This document shows positions 9,951 through 19,187 of a stretch of DNA of 64,000 bases, one piece after another; within the stretch, counting starts at the first letter, position 1; the number at the start of each line of letters is the position of its first letter. Source of the stretch: Bdellovibrionales bacterium (GTDB lineage: Bacteria; Bdellovibrionota; Bdellovibrionia; Bdellovibrionales; DASUEL01); contig JBFWOZ010000002.1 in assembly GCA_050250255.1 (NCBI GenBank), positions 32,001-96,000 of the forward strand, read 5' to 3'. Position numbers and translations under genes: made by a program. The notes beneath the pieces are model-generated. The model worked only from the letters and a program-made list of their open reading frames with translations, searched no databases and was not told the DNA's origin.

Positions 9951-10188
9951 GCCCCCTCCATTCTTCTCGATTTCTTTTTAGATTTTTTTAACCTTGTCTA
10001 GTTGCGCTTTAGTCTATTGTTCAACCCGGCGCATTGGCTGTGGAAGGAGCCTCTGAAGAATGCTGGCACATGGCAAATTTTACAATTTTTTCGTGACAAC
10101 TAATTTCAGAGATTACATAAATCTTAAACTTCCTGTCTGAAGACCATCGTTTTCAGAGGAAGACCATGTTCTTAAGGAGGGTTGAGAC

Positions 10189-10554
10189 ATGAAAACAAGA
10201 GATTTGGAAAGATTTAAAAAAATTCTTCTGCATCAGAAGTCGAGTCTTCTCAATAAATCTGTTTGGTTTAAGGAAGAGAACCAAAAGGCGAAAGAGCAGT
10301 CGGGTGATGAAATCGATCACGCTACTAGCGAAATCCATTTGAATTTAGACATTCGATTACACGAGCGTGAAAGAGTTCTAATTCAAAAGATCGAAACTGC
10401 TCTGGCAAAGATGTCAGTCGGAAGATACGGACGCTGTGAAGACTGTGAGGAGCCTCTAGATCTAAAAAGACTTGAAGCTCGACCAGTAGCCACTCTTTGT
10501 ATTGCCTGTAAGGAAGACCAGGAAGATCGCGAAAAATTTTACGCGTTTTCATAA
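10189..10554 (+). CDS. dksA: DksA/TraR C4 zinc-finger protein
   Basis: GDEIDHA coiled-coil tip; YGRCEDCEE...RLEARPVATLCIACK. Confidence 0.9.
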   Translation: MKTRDLERFKKILLHQKSSLLNKSVWFKEENQKAKEQSGDEIDHATSEIHLNLDIRLHERERVLIQKIETALAKMSVGRYGRCEDCEEPLDLKRLEARPVATLCIACKEDQEDREKFYAFS

Positions 10555-10621
10555 AAAAAATTAATGCTCTATTGAGTCATTTGACGAAAAAGCATTCTCA
10601 TCCAAACTCTGTTCTCATGAG

Positions 10622-10649
10622 AGCCCGATTTTTCGGGCTTTTTGTTTTT
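10622..10649 (+). terminator. Rho-independent terminator after dksA
   Basis: AGCCCGA-TTTT-TCGGGCT followed by TTTTGTTTTT. Confidence 0.85.
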
Positions 10650-10721
10650 AAATGTCTTTATCTCTGACAGTACTTTGTACCGATACCTTCACTTCTCGAC
10701 TTTTGTACCCAAACAATTTCT

Positions 10722-10749
10722 TAAAGCCACTCGTGCCCACGACCGAAAA
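10722..10749 (+). promoter_or_regulatory. Putative sigma28-type promoter for lon
   Basis: TAAAG-16 nt-CCGAAAA; same spacing as the site at 2171-2198. Confidence 0.45.
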
Positions 10750-10785
10750 GTTTTATGAAGCTACCCTGACTTGAAGGAGAGGCAC

Positions 10786-13215
10786 ATGAGCTTTGATGAT
10801 AAAGCATTAGATATTCCAGCGACACTTCCCATGCTCCCCGTGCGAGATATAGTGGTTTTCCCCTATATGATCTTGCCACTTTTTGTAGGAAGAGATTCTT
10901 CCATTAAGGCAGTTGAAGAAGCGCTCGCGAAGAATCGATTGATCTTTTTGGCCTCACAGATCGATCTTCATGAAGAAAACCCGTCACCTGAAACCATCTA
11001 TAAAACAGGTACGATTGCGATGATCATGCGCATGCGAAAGCTTGCAGATGGTCGCGTAAAAATCTTGATTCAAGGTGTAGCAAAGGGACGCGTAAAAAAT
11101 TATGTGAAGTCGAATCCCTACCTCGAAGTAGAGGTTGAAAAAATCACCGAACAGAAACCAGCGCCGGGTTCCATTGAAACAGAAGCACTTATCCGTAACG
11201 CCAAAGAGCATCTTGAAAAAATCATCGCTCACGGAAAAATGCTTTCTCCAGACATTCTCTTGGTTCTTGATGATGTCAGTGATCCAGGAAGACTCGCTGA
11301 TTTGATCGCGAGCAACTTAGGCCTCAAGGTCGCAGATGCACAAAAAGTATTAGACACCTTTGATTATCGCGAGAGACTAAAACTCGTAAATGAACTTCTT
11401 GCTAACGAACTCGAACTCCTCGCTATGCAAGCTCGCATCCGTAACTCTGCAAAAGATGAGATGACGAAGAGCCAGAAGGAATACTTCTTAAGAGAGCAGA
11501 TGCGTGCTATAAAGTCAGAGCTTGGTGAAAACGATTCCAAGACTGAAGAGATCGAAGAGTTAAGAGAAAAAGTTCAATCTGCTTCTATGACTCCAGAAGT
11601 CGAGACAGAAGCTCTCAAACAGCTTGGTCGTCTCGAGCGCATGCACCCGGACGCTAGCGAAGCCTCGATGGTTCGTACTTATCTTGATTGGTTGATTGAT
11701 CTTCCTTGGAACAAAAAATCTGAAGACAATTTAGACCTAGATCATGCTCGAAATGTTCTTGAAGAAGATCACCATGATCTTGAAAAAATCAAAGAACGTA
11801 TCTTAGAGTTCCTTGCTGTAAGAAAATTAAAAGGCAAAGAAATGCTCAAAGGTCCAATTCTTTGTTTCGTAGGGCCTCCTGGTGTTGGTAAAACATCTCT
11901 TGGTCGCAGCATCGCACGCGCCATGGGCCGTAAGTACTGCCGTATTTCTCTCGGTGGCGTGAAGGACGAAGCAGAAATCCGCGGTCATCGTCGTACTTAT
12001 GTAGGTGCGATGCCAGGAAAAATCATTCACGCATTGAAGCAGTCAAAAACAAACAATCCTGTCTTTATCTTGGATGAAATTGATAAATTAGGAAGCGATT
12101 TCCGTGGAGATCCAAGTGCAGCGATGCTTGAGGTGTTAGATCCTGAGCAAAACTCCACTTTTAGAGATCACTATCTGAACGTCGACTTTGACTTGAGTAA
12201 CGTCATGTTCCTCGCAACAGCGAACGTTCTTGAGAATATTCCTCAAGCTCTCCGCGATCGTATGGAAGTGATTCAGCTTTCTGGTTATACAGAGGAAGAC
12301 AAACTCATAATTGCGAAAAAGCATCTTGTACAACGCCAAATGGAAAACAATGGTGTAGATGCAGAAGATATCACATTCACAGATGCTGGTCTTCGCCAAG
12401 TTATCACAGGATACACTCGCGAAGCTGGTCTCCGTAACCTTGAAAGAGAGATTGGTAGCCTTTGCCGTAAAGTCGCTAAAGACGTAGTTCTTGGTAAGAC
12501 AACAAAGCAAACGATCACTGCAGACGTTGTTGAAAAACTTCTTGGCCCCGTGCGCTTCCAAAAAGAGGAAGAGATGGGAGATAGCCAAGTCGGTGTTGCA
12601 ACAGGTCTGGCTTGGACTCAGTTCGGTGGGGAAGTTCTCTACATCGAAACACTCAAAATGCGTGGTAAAGGTGAGCTCGTTCTTACGGGCCAATTGGGTG
12701 ACGTCATGAAGGAGTCAGCAAGAGCCGCCATGTCTTACGCTAAGGCACACTACAAAGAGCTCGGAATCGATGACGAATGGATTGGTAGCCACGAAGTACA
12801 CGTACACATCCCTGCAGGAGCGATCCCTAAGGACGGTCCATCTGCCGGTATCACAATGGCGACATCACTCATCAGCTTGATGACGGATACGCCAGTGAGA
12901 AAAGATGTTGCGATGACGGGTGAGTTGACTCTTACGGGTCGCGTTCTCCCAATCGGTGGCTTAAAAGAGAAAGCTCTTGCGGCACTCCGACATGGAGTCA
13001 AAGATGTGATCATTCCTGAGCAAAACGTGAAGGACTTGGCCGACATACCAGAAGAGTTTAGAAAGAAGCTCAACTTCATCCCTGTGAAACACTTGGAAGA
13101 AGTTTTGGAAGTGGCGTTCGAAAAAGGTCACAAGTTCAAAAAAGCTTCTGGCAGTAGCACCCCATCGGGCGGACGCTCAAGCCGCAAGCCAAAAGTGGCT
13201 TCACCAGCAGCATAA
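10786..13215 (+). CDS. lon: ATP-dependent protease Lon
   Basis: LON N-domain, Walker A GPPGVGKT, catalytic PKDGPSAG; ATG 10786 follows AAGGAGAGG. Confidence 0.98.
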   Translation: MSFDDKALDIPATLPMLPVRDIVVFPYMILPLFVGRDSSIKAVEEALAKNRLIFLASQIDLHEENPSPETIYKTGTIAMIMRMRKLADGRVKILIQGVAKGRVKNYVKSNPYLEVEVEKITEQKPAPGSIETEALIRNAKEHLEKIIAHGKMLSPDILLVLDDVSDPGRLADLIASNLGLKVADAQKVLDTFDYRERLKLVNELLANELELLAMQARIRNSAKDEMTKSQKEYFLREQMRAIKSELGENDSKTEEIEELREKVQSASMTPEVETEALKQLGRLERMHPDASEASMVRTYLDWLIDLPWNKKSEDNLDLDHARNVLEEDHHDLEKIKERILEFLAVRKLKGKEMLKGPILCFVGPPGVGKTSLGRSIARAMGRKYCRISLGGVKDEAEIRGHRRTYVGAMPGKIIHALKQSKTNNPVFILDEIDKLGSDFRGDPSAAMLEVLDPEQNSTFRDHYLNVDFDLSNVMFLATANVLENIPQALRDRMEVIQLSGYTEEDKLIIAKKHLVQRQMENNGVDAEDITFTDAGLRQVITGYTREAGLRNLEREIGSLCRKVAKDVVLGKTTKQTITADVVEKLLGPVRFQKEEEMGDSQVGVATGLAWTQFGGEVLYIETLKMRGKGELVLTGQLGDVMKESARAAMSYAKAHYKELGIDDEWIGSHEVHVHIPAGAIPKDGPSAGITMATSLISLMTDTPVRKDVAMTGELTLTGRVLPIGGLKEKALAALRHGVKDVIIPEQNVKDLADIPEEFRKKLNFIPVKHLEEVLEVAFEKGHKFKKASGSSTPSGGRSSRKPKVASPAA

Positions 13216-13242
13216 GTTTTAATTAAAATTCAAAGAATTCAC

Positions 13243-13271
13243 AAAAGGCGCGGTAAAAGCGCCTTTTATTT
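13243..13271 (+). terminator. Rho-independent terminator after lon
   Basis: AAAAGGCGC-GGTAAAA-GCGCCTTTT followed by ATTT. Confidence 0.85.
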
Positions 13272-13390
13272 TCTTTATGCGGAAATATTGACGTAGATTG
13301 GCACCCTCGAGCGCCTTACTTTCTCTAAAACCTTAATAAGCTTCACGCGTACGGCCCCCGCTTTGCTATTATTTCATTCCTGAGGTCGGC

Positions 13391-14362
13391 TTGGGACGAA
13401 ACATTTTTTTATTCTTATGTGCTTGTTGGGTTTCTAATGTGAGGGCGTCTGAAGTGTCGCGCCTTTGTGGTTTTATAGGAACAAACTCTTATTCTCAGTC
13501 GTGGACTATTAGCGATCCACAAACCCTTCATCTGACCCCTGAAAGCTTCTTGCCTCCCGAATTTCTACAGAGTATTCGTCAAAAGATCGGGCCTGTAAAA
13601 CTTCATATTACCCATCTGTCTTCTAACAAACTTTATATACGTCTGACGAGCCCAAGTTTATTTGACTCAGCTAGCGAAAGGGGGGTTCTCCAATTTCATG
13701 TACAAGTGAGCTCAACGGACGCTACAGCCCTTATTATTAATCGCCTTCGCGCAGAAAACCCTTACTTTAAACCTGCAGAACATCGCTTGCGATTTGATGA
13801 GAATGAAAAGGGCTTAACAATGAATCAAATGAGATATTTTCTTAAAGGCCTTACCAACTTCGTTCTTGCAGGAGGTTATAAAAAGATCGCCGTTGAGGGC
13901 GTACCTAATTATCAAACACTGATGCTTTATCTTAGAATGGGCGGGTTTAAAGGAGCGAATCCTCGTGATGAGAAGCTCATACAACTTATGGCTTACTATT
14001 GGAGGTATTCTCGCAAACATCTTCCGACATATCTCCGGCCTAAAGCTCTCGAAGATTTTACGGATTTACTCTACGCAGGGAGAGGGCCCGTTAATTCCTC
14101 TGGCCAATCAAAACTAGAAGAGGTGTGGATTAATTATCAAAAAACGGGCGTGCTTCCTGAGGAAGCCCGCTTATTACAAGATTTCGATGGTGAAATTACT
14201 GGTACCAGTGGCTCTCCCATCGGGCTTATTGTTGAAACTGAAAAGCCTAAGCACCAGGTTGGTTTTGTAAATTTCGCCGAGGCCGGCCTCCCTCTTTTCG
14301 GCAATGACTGGAAGCAAGCTGAGCTTACTGAGCTCAAGCTCGTAAAAGAACTCGTTCCTTAA
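13391..14362 (+). CDS. Hypothetical protein, possibly exported
   Basis: 323-aa ORF with TTG start and a signal-peptide-like N-terminus (..SNVRA-S); no recognised family. Confidence 0.7.
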   Translation: MGRNIFLFLCACWVSNVRASEVSRLCGFIGTNSYSQSWTISDPQTLHLTPESFLPPEFLQSIRQKIGPVKLHITHLSSNKLYIRLTSPSLFDSASERGVLQFHVQVSSTDATALIINRLRAENPYFKPAEHRLRFDENEKGLTMNQMRYFLKGLTNFVLAGGYKKIAVEGVPNYQTLMLYLRMGGFKGANPRDEKLIQLMAYYWRYSRKHLPTYLRPKALEDFTDLLYAGRGPVNSSGQSKLEEVWINYQKTGVLPEEARLLQDFDGEITGTSGSPIGLIVETEKPKHQVGFVNFAEAGLPLFGNDWKQAELTELKLVKELVP

Positions 14363-14375
14363 CTTTATAATCATT

Positions 14376-14822
14376 TTATTCGAAGTCGAGCGAAGACTTC
14401 TGTGACATCAGGCGAGTGTTTTCGTTTTCTAAAACACGCACCAGAGTTCGGAGGTCTGAGATCTCTTCTTTGAGCTGACGAACTTGCTCGTCTTTTTCTT
14501 GAAGAATGACGGTGTAGGCTCTTTTCAATTCATCGAGCAAACGATTCGCGGCACTCAAAATGTTGTAATCTTCGGACGGCGCAGAAGTTTTTGTGACAGT
14601 TTCGAAAGACTCTTCGCGCACAGGCATTTTTGGAGTTGGTTCAAACATAGGTTCTTCCTTCATCTGAATTTCGGTAGGCGGCTCATCCATGATGTAATAC
14701 TTCCCGGTTTCTAAACGAAAGCGAATATTCTCGAGTTTGATTCGTCGACGCAGCGTTGAAATGCTAATCTTATATTTATTTGAGTAGTCAACGAGCGAAA
14801 GCCAATGAGCATTCTGAGCCAT
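14376..14822 (-). CDS. Putative DNA-binding protein (excisionase/MerR-like HTH plus C-terminal coiled coil)
   Basis: WLSLVDYSNKYKISISTLRRRIK; heptad repeat LQEKDEQVRQLKEEISDLRTLVRVLENENTRL; GGAGG before ATG 14822. Confidence 0.75.
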   Translation of the reverse strand: MAQNAHWLSLVDYSNKYKISISTLRRRIKLENIRFRLETGKYYIMDEPPTEIQMKEEPMFEPTPKMPVREESFETVTKTSAPSEDYNILSAANRLLDELKRAYTVILQEKDEQVRQLKEEISDLRTLVRVLENENTRLMSQKSSLDFE

Positions 14823-14899
14823 AGTTCCTCCGAATAGGCACATCCTAACATCCAACCCTCGGCCTTTGTAAACATATTTGAATATCCTTTTGAATAACC

Positions 14900-14928
14900 T
14901 TGGCTAGGGTCTTCTCAAGACGTAATCT
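14900..14928 (+). promoter_or_regulatory. Putative sigma70 promoter giving a leaderless mRNA
   Basis: TTGGCT-17 nt-TAATCT, then 6 nt to ATG 14935. Confidence 0.5.
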
Positions 14929-14934
14929 AAAGGG

Positions 14935-16143
14935 ATGCGCCTTGAAGGTAAGAAGAAAGTGGGCTTGGTTTTAAGCGGCGGTGGAATTAAGGCTGCGGCC
15001 TTTCACTGTGGTGTTTGCCTTGCTCTCCAGGAAAAAGGATTTGTGTTTGCGGGGGGAACCCACGATGAGGTCGCTCGTTACCCTAAAGATCCCATGACTA
15101 TTCAAACCTATGTGGGTTCAAGTGCGGGAGCGATCATTAGTTCCTTTTTAGCTTCTGGATATTCAGTAGAAGCGATGATCGATGCCTTTGAAATGGGCGC
15201 GGGTGGATTAAAGCCTAAGAAGCACGGCGCCAAAAGACGCTCTTCTGCACAGCTGAAATCACTGAGTTATTTCGATCTTTTCTCCGTCAATGGAATCAAT
15301 TTTTTACACATGATCCCCAAATTTTTGCAGAGCAAGTCCGTGGTTCTCAGCGGTGGAATCGAAGCCTTTTTAAAACATGGCTTTAAAATCAATGGCCTCT
15401 TCACCACCAAGGGGATCGAAAGATACCTCAGACGTCACGTTTTACCGACCAATCATTTTCGTGAATTAGGCGTTGAGCTTTTCATCGTTGCAACCCAATT
15501 AAATCATAGTCGCAAAGTGGTGTTCGGGCCTTACACTGAAACAACAAAAGAAGCCGGCATTAAGCGCGCGGACTTCTCTACTATCAGCGATGCCGTCGCC
15601 GCCTCCGCAAGTCTTCCTCCCGTTTTTGCTCCTTATGGAATTCGTAACCAAAAAGGGAAAGAGCTTTTCTTTTTTGACGGAGAAATTCGCGACACGATGT
15701 CGTCTCACGTGGCCGTGGAAAACGGCTGTGATTTGGTGATTTCAAGCAACTCGATTCAGCCCTATCATTTTAATAAAGAGATGGGGAGCCTTCACAACTA
15801 CGGAATCCCAATCATTTTAAACCAAGCTCTCTATCAAGTGGTGGAACAAAAAGTATTTAAGGCGATTCAGTACAACCAAGATATCAAATCGTTATTGAAC
15901 GTGGTTGATGGTTACTTTCGTCAGGCGAATCTCCCTGAAGAGCATCGACTAAAAATTCTGGATATTATGGCCGAACGAGTGAACTTCCGCCGTGGAGTTG
16001 ATCACATCTACATCCATCCAAACCCACAAGATTACCAAATGTTCTTCGTCGATCACTTCAGCCTGAACCCAAAGATCTTAGGCGACATCGTTCGCATCGG
16101 CTTTCGAAGCGCCATCCAAGCCCTCCGCAAACATCACGTTTAA
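14935..16143 (+). CDS. Patatin-like phospholipase
   Basis: LVLSGGGIK oxyanion motif, GSSAG nucleophile, ASASLPPVF, FFDGE (variant of DGG). Confidence 0.92.
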   Translation: MRLEGKKKVGLVLSGGGIKAAAFHCGVCLALQEKGFVFAGGTHDEVARYPKDPMTIQTYVGSSAGAIISSFLASGYSVEAMIDAFEMGAGGLKPKKHGAKRRSSAQLKSLSYFDLFSVNGINFLHMIPKFLQSKSVVLSGGIEAFLKHGFKINGLFTTKGIERYLRRHVLPTNHFRELGVELFIVATQLNHSRKVVFGPYTETTKEAGIKRADFSTISDAVAASASLPPVFAPYGIRNQKGKELFFFDGEIRDTMSSHVAVENGCDLVISSNSIQPYHFNKEMGSLHNYGIPIILNQALYQVVEQKVFKAIQYNQDIKSLLNVVDGYFRQANLPEEHRLKILDIMAERVNFRRGVDHIYIHPNPQDYQMFFVDHFSLNPKILGDIVRIGFRSAIQALRKHHV

Positions 16144-16180
16144 CAGCATCACGACTTCCGTGGGCAATGTATAAAAATGC

Positions 16181-17659
16181 TTACAGGAAGAGCTGATGCA
16201 CAGATCGTTGGATCAGCTTGAAGAATGGGCTTGAGACGACACCGATCACGATCACCGCCACTGAAGCTGCGAGGATGATGGTCTTCGCGCTGATGTTGGA
16301 TGTGATGGGACGAGGCTCGCCTTCGACCATGTACATCGTGACGATCGGTCTTAAGTAGTAATACACACTGACAACAGAACCAATCACACCCCATACCGCA
16401 AGCCAAACGTAGCCTTGAGCGATCGCTGTGGAGAAGAGATAGAGTTTCCCGAAGAAGCCAACGGTTGGTGGAATTCCCGCAAGACTTAATAAGAAAATTG
16501 TAAATCCAAGCGCAAGACCCGGATACTTATGTGCAAGTCCTTTAAGATCTTCAACGTGAAGGATGGTATCTTCATGTTTTTCAAAAAGCGAAATCATCGC
16601 AAAGGCACCAAGGTTCATGATCGCGTAAGCCACGAGGTAAAAAACGAGTGAGCTTACGGCTCCTTCGCCCCCACCGGTACCTGCTGTGATCACACCAATA
16701 AAAAGATATCCGCTATGTGCAACGCTCGAGTAGGCAAGCATGCGTTTGAGATTTTCCTGCATGACCGCAGCGATATTCCCCACAAGAATGGTGAGAACCG
16801 CAAGCCACTGCATGAGGTCCACGATAACTTCGGATTTTCCAAAATTCATAAATAGCACAAACTTTAAGAAAGCCATAAAGCTTGCGGTCTTAACCGCAGT
16901 TGCCATGAAGGCCGTGACCGGAGTTGCGGCCCCCTGATACACATCGGGAGTCCAAACGTGAAACGGGAAGATCGCTGTTTTAAAACAAAAGCCCGCCATC
17001 ATCAAAACCCAACCGATAACAAACAATCGATTGCTGTCCATGAGTGAAGCGCTTACATTTTTTAATACAAGAAGCTCTGTCGTTCCGGAAACACCAAAAA
17101 TAAACGCAAGGCCGTATAATAAAATAGCCGCGGAGAATCCACCCAAAATAAAGTATTTAAACGCAGCTTCTTTAGAGAGCCGTTGCTCATGGCTCATGCC
17201 GATGAGGAGATAAAGAGAGATCGACATGATCTCAATCCCAATAAACATGACTAAAAGGTCATTCGCCCAAATAAGGGTCATCATTCCGATCACAGAATTC
17301 AAAATCAAAAACACGAACTCCGAGTAATGATCCCCACGCACATTAATATTTTCATGCGCCATGATGAGTGAGGCCGCTGCCGAAATAAGCACGATGATGA
17401 TCGCGGGATAAGAAGAACCATCTATAATCAGGGCATCGCTAAACGCGCCGACGTTTCCGGCTTCCATGCTGAGAAAAACCCAGCCAATCGCTACACCAAT
17501 TCCCGAAAGGCCCTGAAGAAGGGTTGCAATAGGCCTTTGTTCTTTTTGACGAATACTTTTAATAATGAGAGGTAAAAGGCTCGCGAAAAAAATAATCACC
17601 ATTGGAAAAATGGTCAAAATATCAAAAACGTCTGTTTTAAATGTCGTAAGCAAGTTCAT
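16181..17659 (-). CDS. nuoN: NADH-quinone oxidoreductase subunit N
   Basis: EAAFKYFILG, FKTAIFPFHVWTPDVYQGA, KRMLAYSS, SLAGIPPTVGFFGK. Confidence 0.97.
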   Translation of the reverse strand: MNLLTTFKTDVFDILTIFPMVIIFFASLLPLIIKSIRQKEQRPIATLLQGLSGIGVAIGWVFLSMEAGNVGAFSDALIIDGSSYPAIIIVLISAAASLIMAHENINVRGDHYSEFVFLILNSVIGMMTLIWANDLLVMFIGIEIMSISLYLLIGMSHEQRLSKEAAFKYFILGGFSAAILLYGLAFIFGVSGTTELLVLKNVSASLMDSNRLFVIGWVLMMAGFCFKTAIFPFHVWTPDVYQGAATPVTAFMATAVKTASFMAFLKFVLFMNFGKSEVIVDLMQWLAVLTILVGNIAAVMQENLKRMLAYSSVAHSGYLFIGVITAGTGGGEGAVSSLVFYLVAYAIMNLGAFAMISLFEKHEDTILHVEDLKGLAHKYPGLALGFTIFLLSLAGIPPTVGFFGKLYLFSTAIAQGYVWLAVWGVIGSVVSVYYYLRPIVTMYMVEGEPRPITSNISAKTIILAASVAVIVIGVVSSPFFKLIQRSVHQLFL

Positions 17660-19186
17660 CTACTTCGCCTCTTCTTCATAAACCGTCAACTGATACTGGC
17701 CTTTGTTTGCCATGAGGTGATCAATGCTTGTCTGTGACCAACTTAAAAAACTTTGCGGGTAAACACCCATCCAGATCGCTAAGACAAGAAGGGGTGCAAG
17801 GACAAGCCCTTCACGCAAGGTAAGATCATGAAGATGCGATTTATGTTCTTTTACAATTGGGCCTTCTTCGCCAAAGAAAACTCGCTTAACCATCCACAGC
17901 ATGTAAGCCGCACCAAAGATCACTCCCGTAACAGCCACATAAGCAAATTCTTTTTTGTACAGGTAAGTTCCAAAGAGAATGAGGAACTCACCGATAAATC
18001 CGTTTGTTCCTGGCACGGCAATACTTGAAAGGGTCACGATCACAAACGCAATTGTATAAAGCGGCATCACCGACGCGAGGCCACCGTAGTCTTTGATTTC
18101 TCGCGAGTGAGTTCGCTCATAGATCATACCTACTAACAAGAACAGCGCGCCGGTGCTGACACCGTGATTAAGCATTTGGTAAAGAGCGCCGGTCACTCCG
18201 TAAGTGTTCAGCGCAAAAAGTCCGAGCACCACGTAACCCATGTGAGAAACAGAGGAGTAGGCCACAAGTTTTTTGATGTCCGGTTGAACCATCGCCACGA
18301 GAGCACCGTACACAATTCCGATCAATGCGAGGATACAAATTAACGGGCCCCAGTAGGTCGTTGCCTCTGGAAAAAGAGGAATCACAAATCGCAAAAATCC
18401 ATAGGTTCCAAGTTTGAGCATGACCCCAGCAAGAATGACGGAGCCTGGTGTCGGTGCTTCGACGTGAGCGTCTGGCAACCATGTGTGGAGTGGGAAGAGT
18501 GGCACCTTAATCGAGAATGCGAGCGTGAATGCAAAAAACATGAGTGTTTGAGGATTCATGATCTCCCCGCCCACAAAAGGAATTTGAAGCTTATAGAAGT
18601 CGAGAAGGCTGCTGCTCACATATCCTAGTTGGTCGAAGGTCATGTACATCATGGAGATCATCGCGATGAGCATCAACACCGAACCGAACATCGTATAAAT
18701 GAAAAACTTGATCGTTGCGTATATGCGTCTCTTGCCACCCCAAATACCCACGATAAAATACATTGGGATCAGTGAGGCTTCGAAAAAGACGTAAAACAAA
18801 ATTGCATCAATCGAGAGAAACGAGCCGATAAGGGCCGTTTCAAGAATCATCATGTGGATTGCAAAGTGCCGGAAGTTTTTCTCGATGGAAACCCACGAAC
18901 CTAAAATAATAATGGGAGTCAGGACCGCTGTGAGAACGACAAGCCAAAGTGAAATTCCATCAATGCCTAAAAAGTATTGAATTCCAAAAGACTCCACCCA
19001 CATGTGTTTTTCTACTAATTGAAGTGCTGCGGAGTTTTTATCAAAGCGACAGAAGAGACAGAAGCTGACAGCAAGCTGCACGAGAGAAAAGATAAGGGCG
19101 GCTGGACGAACCCACGACTCTTTTCTGACACAACAGAGAAGGCCAGCAAACACGAGAGGTAAAAAAGTAATAAGCGTTAATAACAT
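17660..19186 (-). CDS. nuoM: NADH-quinone oxidoreductase subunit M
   Basis: FYVFFE, IKVPLFPLHTWLPDAHVEAP, KKLVAYSSVSHMG, GFIGEF; start placed at ATG 19186. Confidence 0.97.
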   Translation of the reverse strand: MLLTLITFLPLVFAGLLCCVRKESWVRPAALIFSLVQLAVSFCLFCRFDKNSAALQLVEKHMWVESFGIQYFLGIDGISLWLVVLTAVLTPIIILGSWVSIEKNFRHFAIHMMILETALIGSFLSIDAILFYVFFEASLIPMYFIVGIWGGKRRIYATIKFFIYTMFGSVLMLIAMISMMYMTFDQLGYVSSSLLDFYKLQIPFVGGEIMNPQTLMFFAFTLAFSIKVPLFPLHTWLPDAHVEAPTPGSVILAGVMLKLGTYGFLRFVIPLFPEATTYWGPLICILALIGIVYGALVAMVQPDIKKLVAYSSVSHMGYVVLGLFALNTYGVTGALYQMLNHGVSTGALFLLVGMIYERTHSREIKDYGGLASVMPLYTIAFVIVTLSSIAVPGTNGFIGEFLILFGTYLYKKEFAYVAVTGVIFGAAYMLWMVKRVFFGEEGPIVKEHKSHLHDLTLREGLVLAPLLVLAIWMGVYPQSFLSWSQTSIDHLMANKGQYQLTVYEEEAK

Positions 19187-19187
19187 G

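Noticed and set aside
10063..10080. TGGCAC as a possible sigma54 -24 box upstream of dksA
   Set aside because: No TTGC -12 element at the required spacing.
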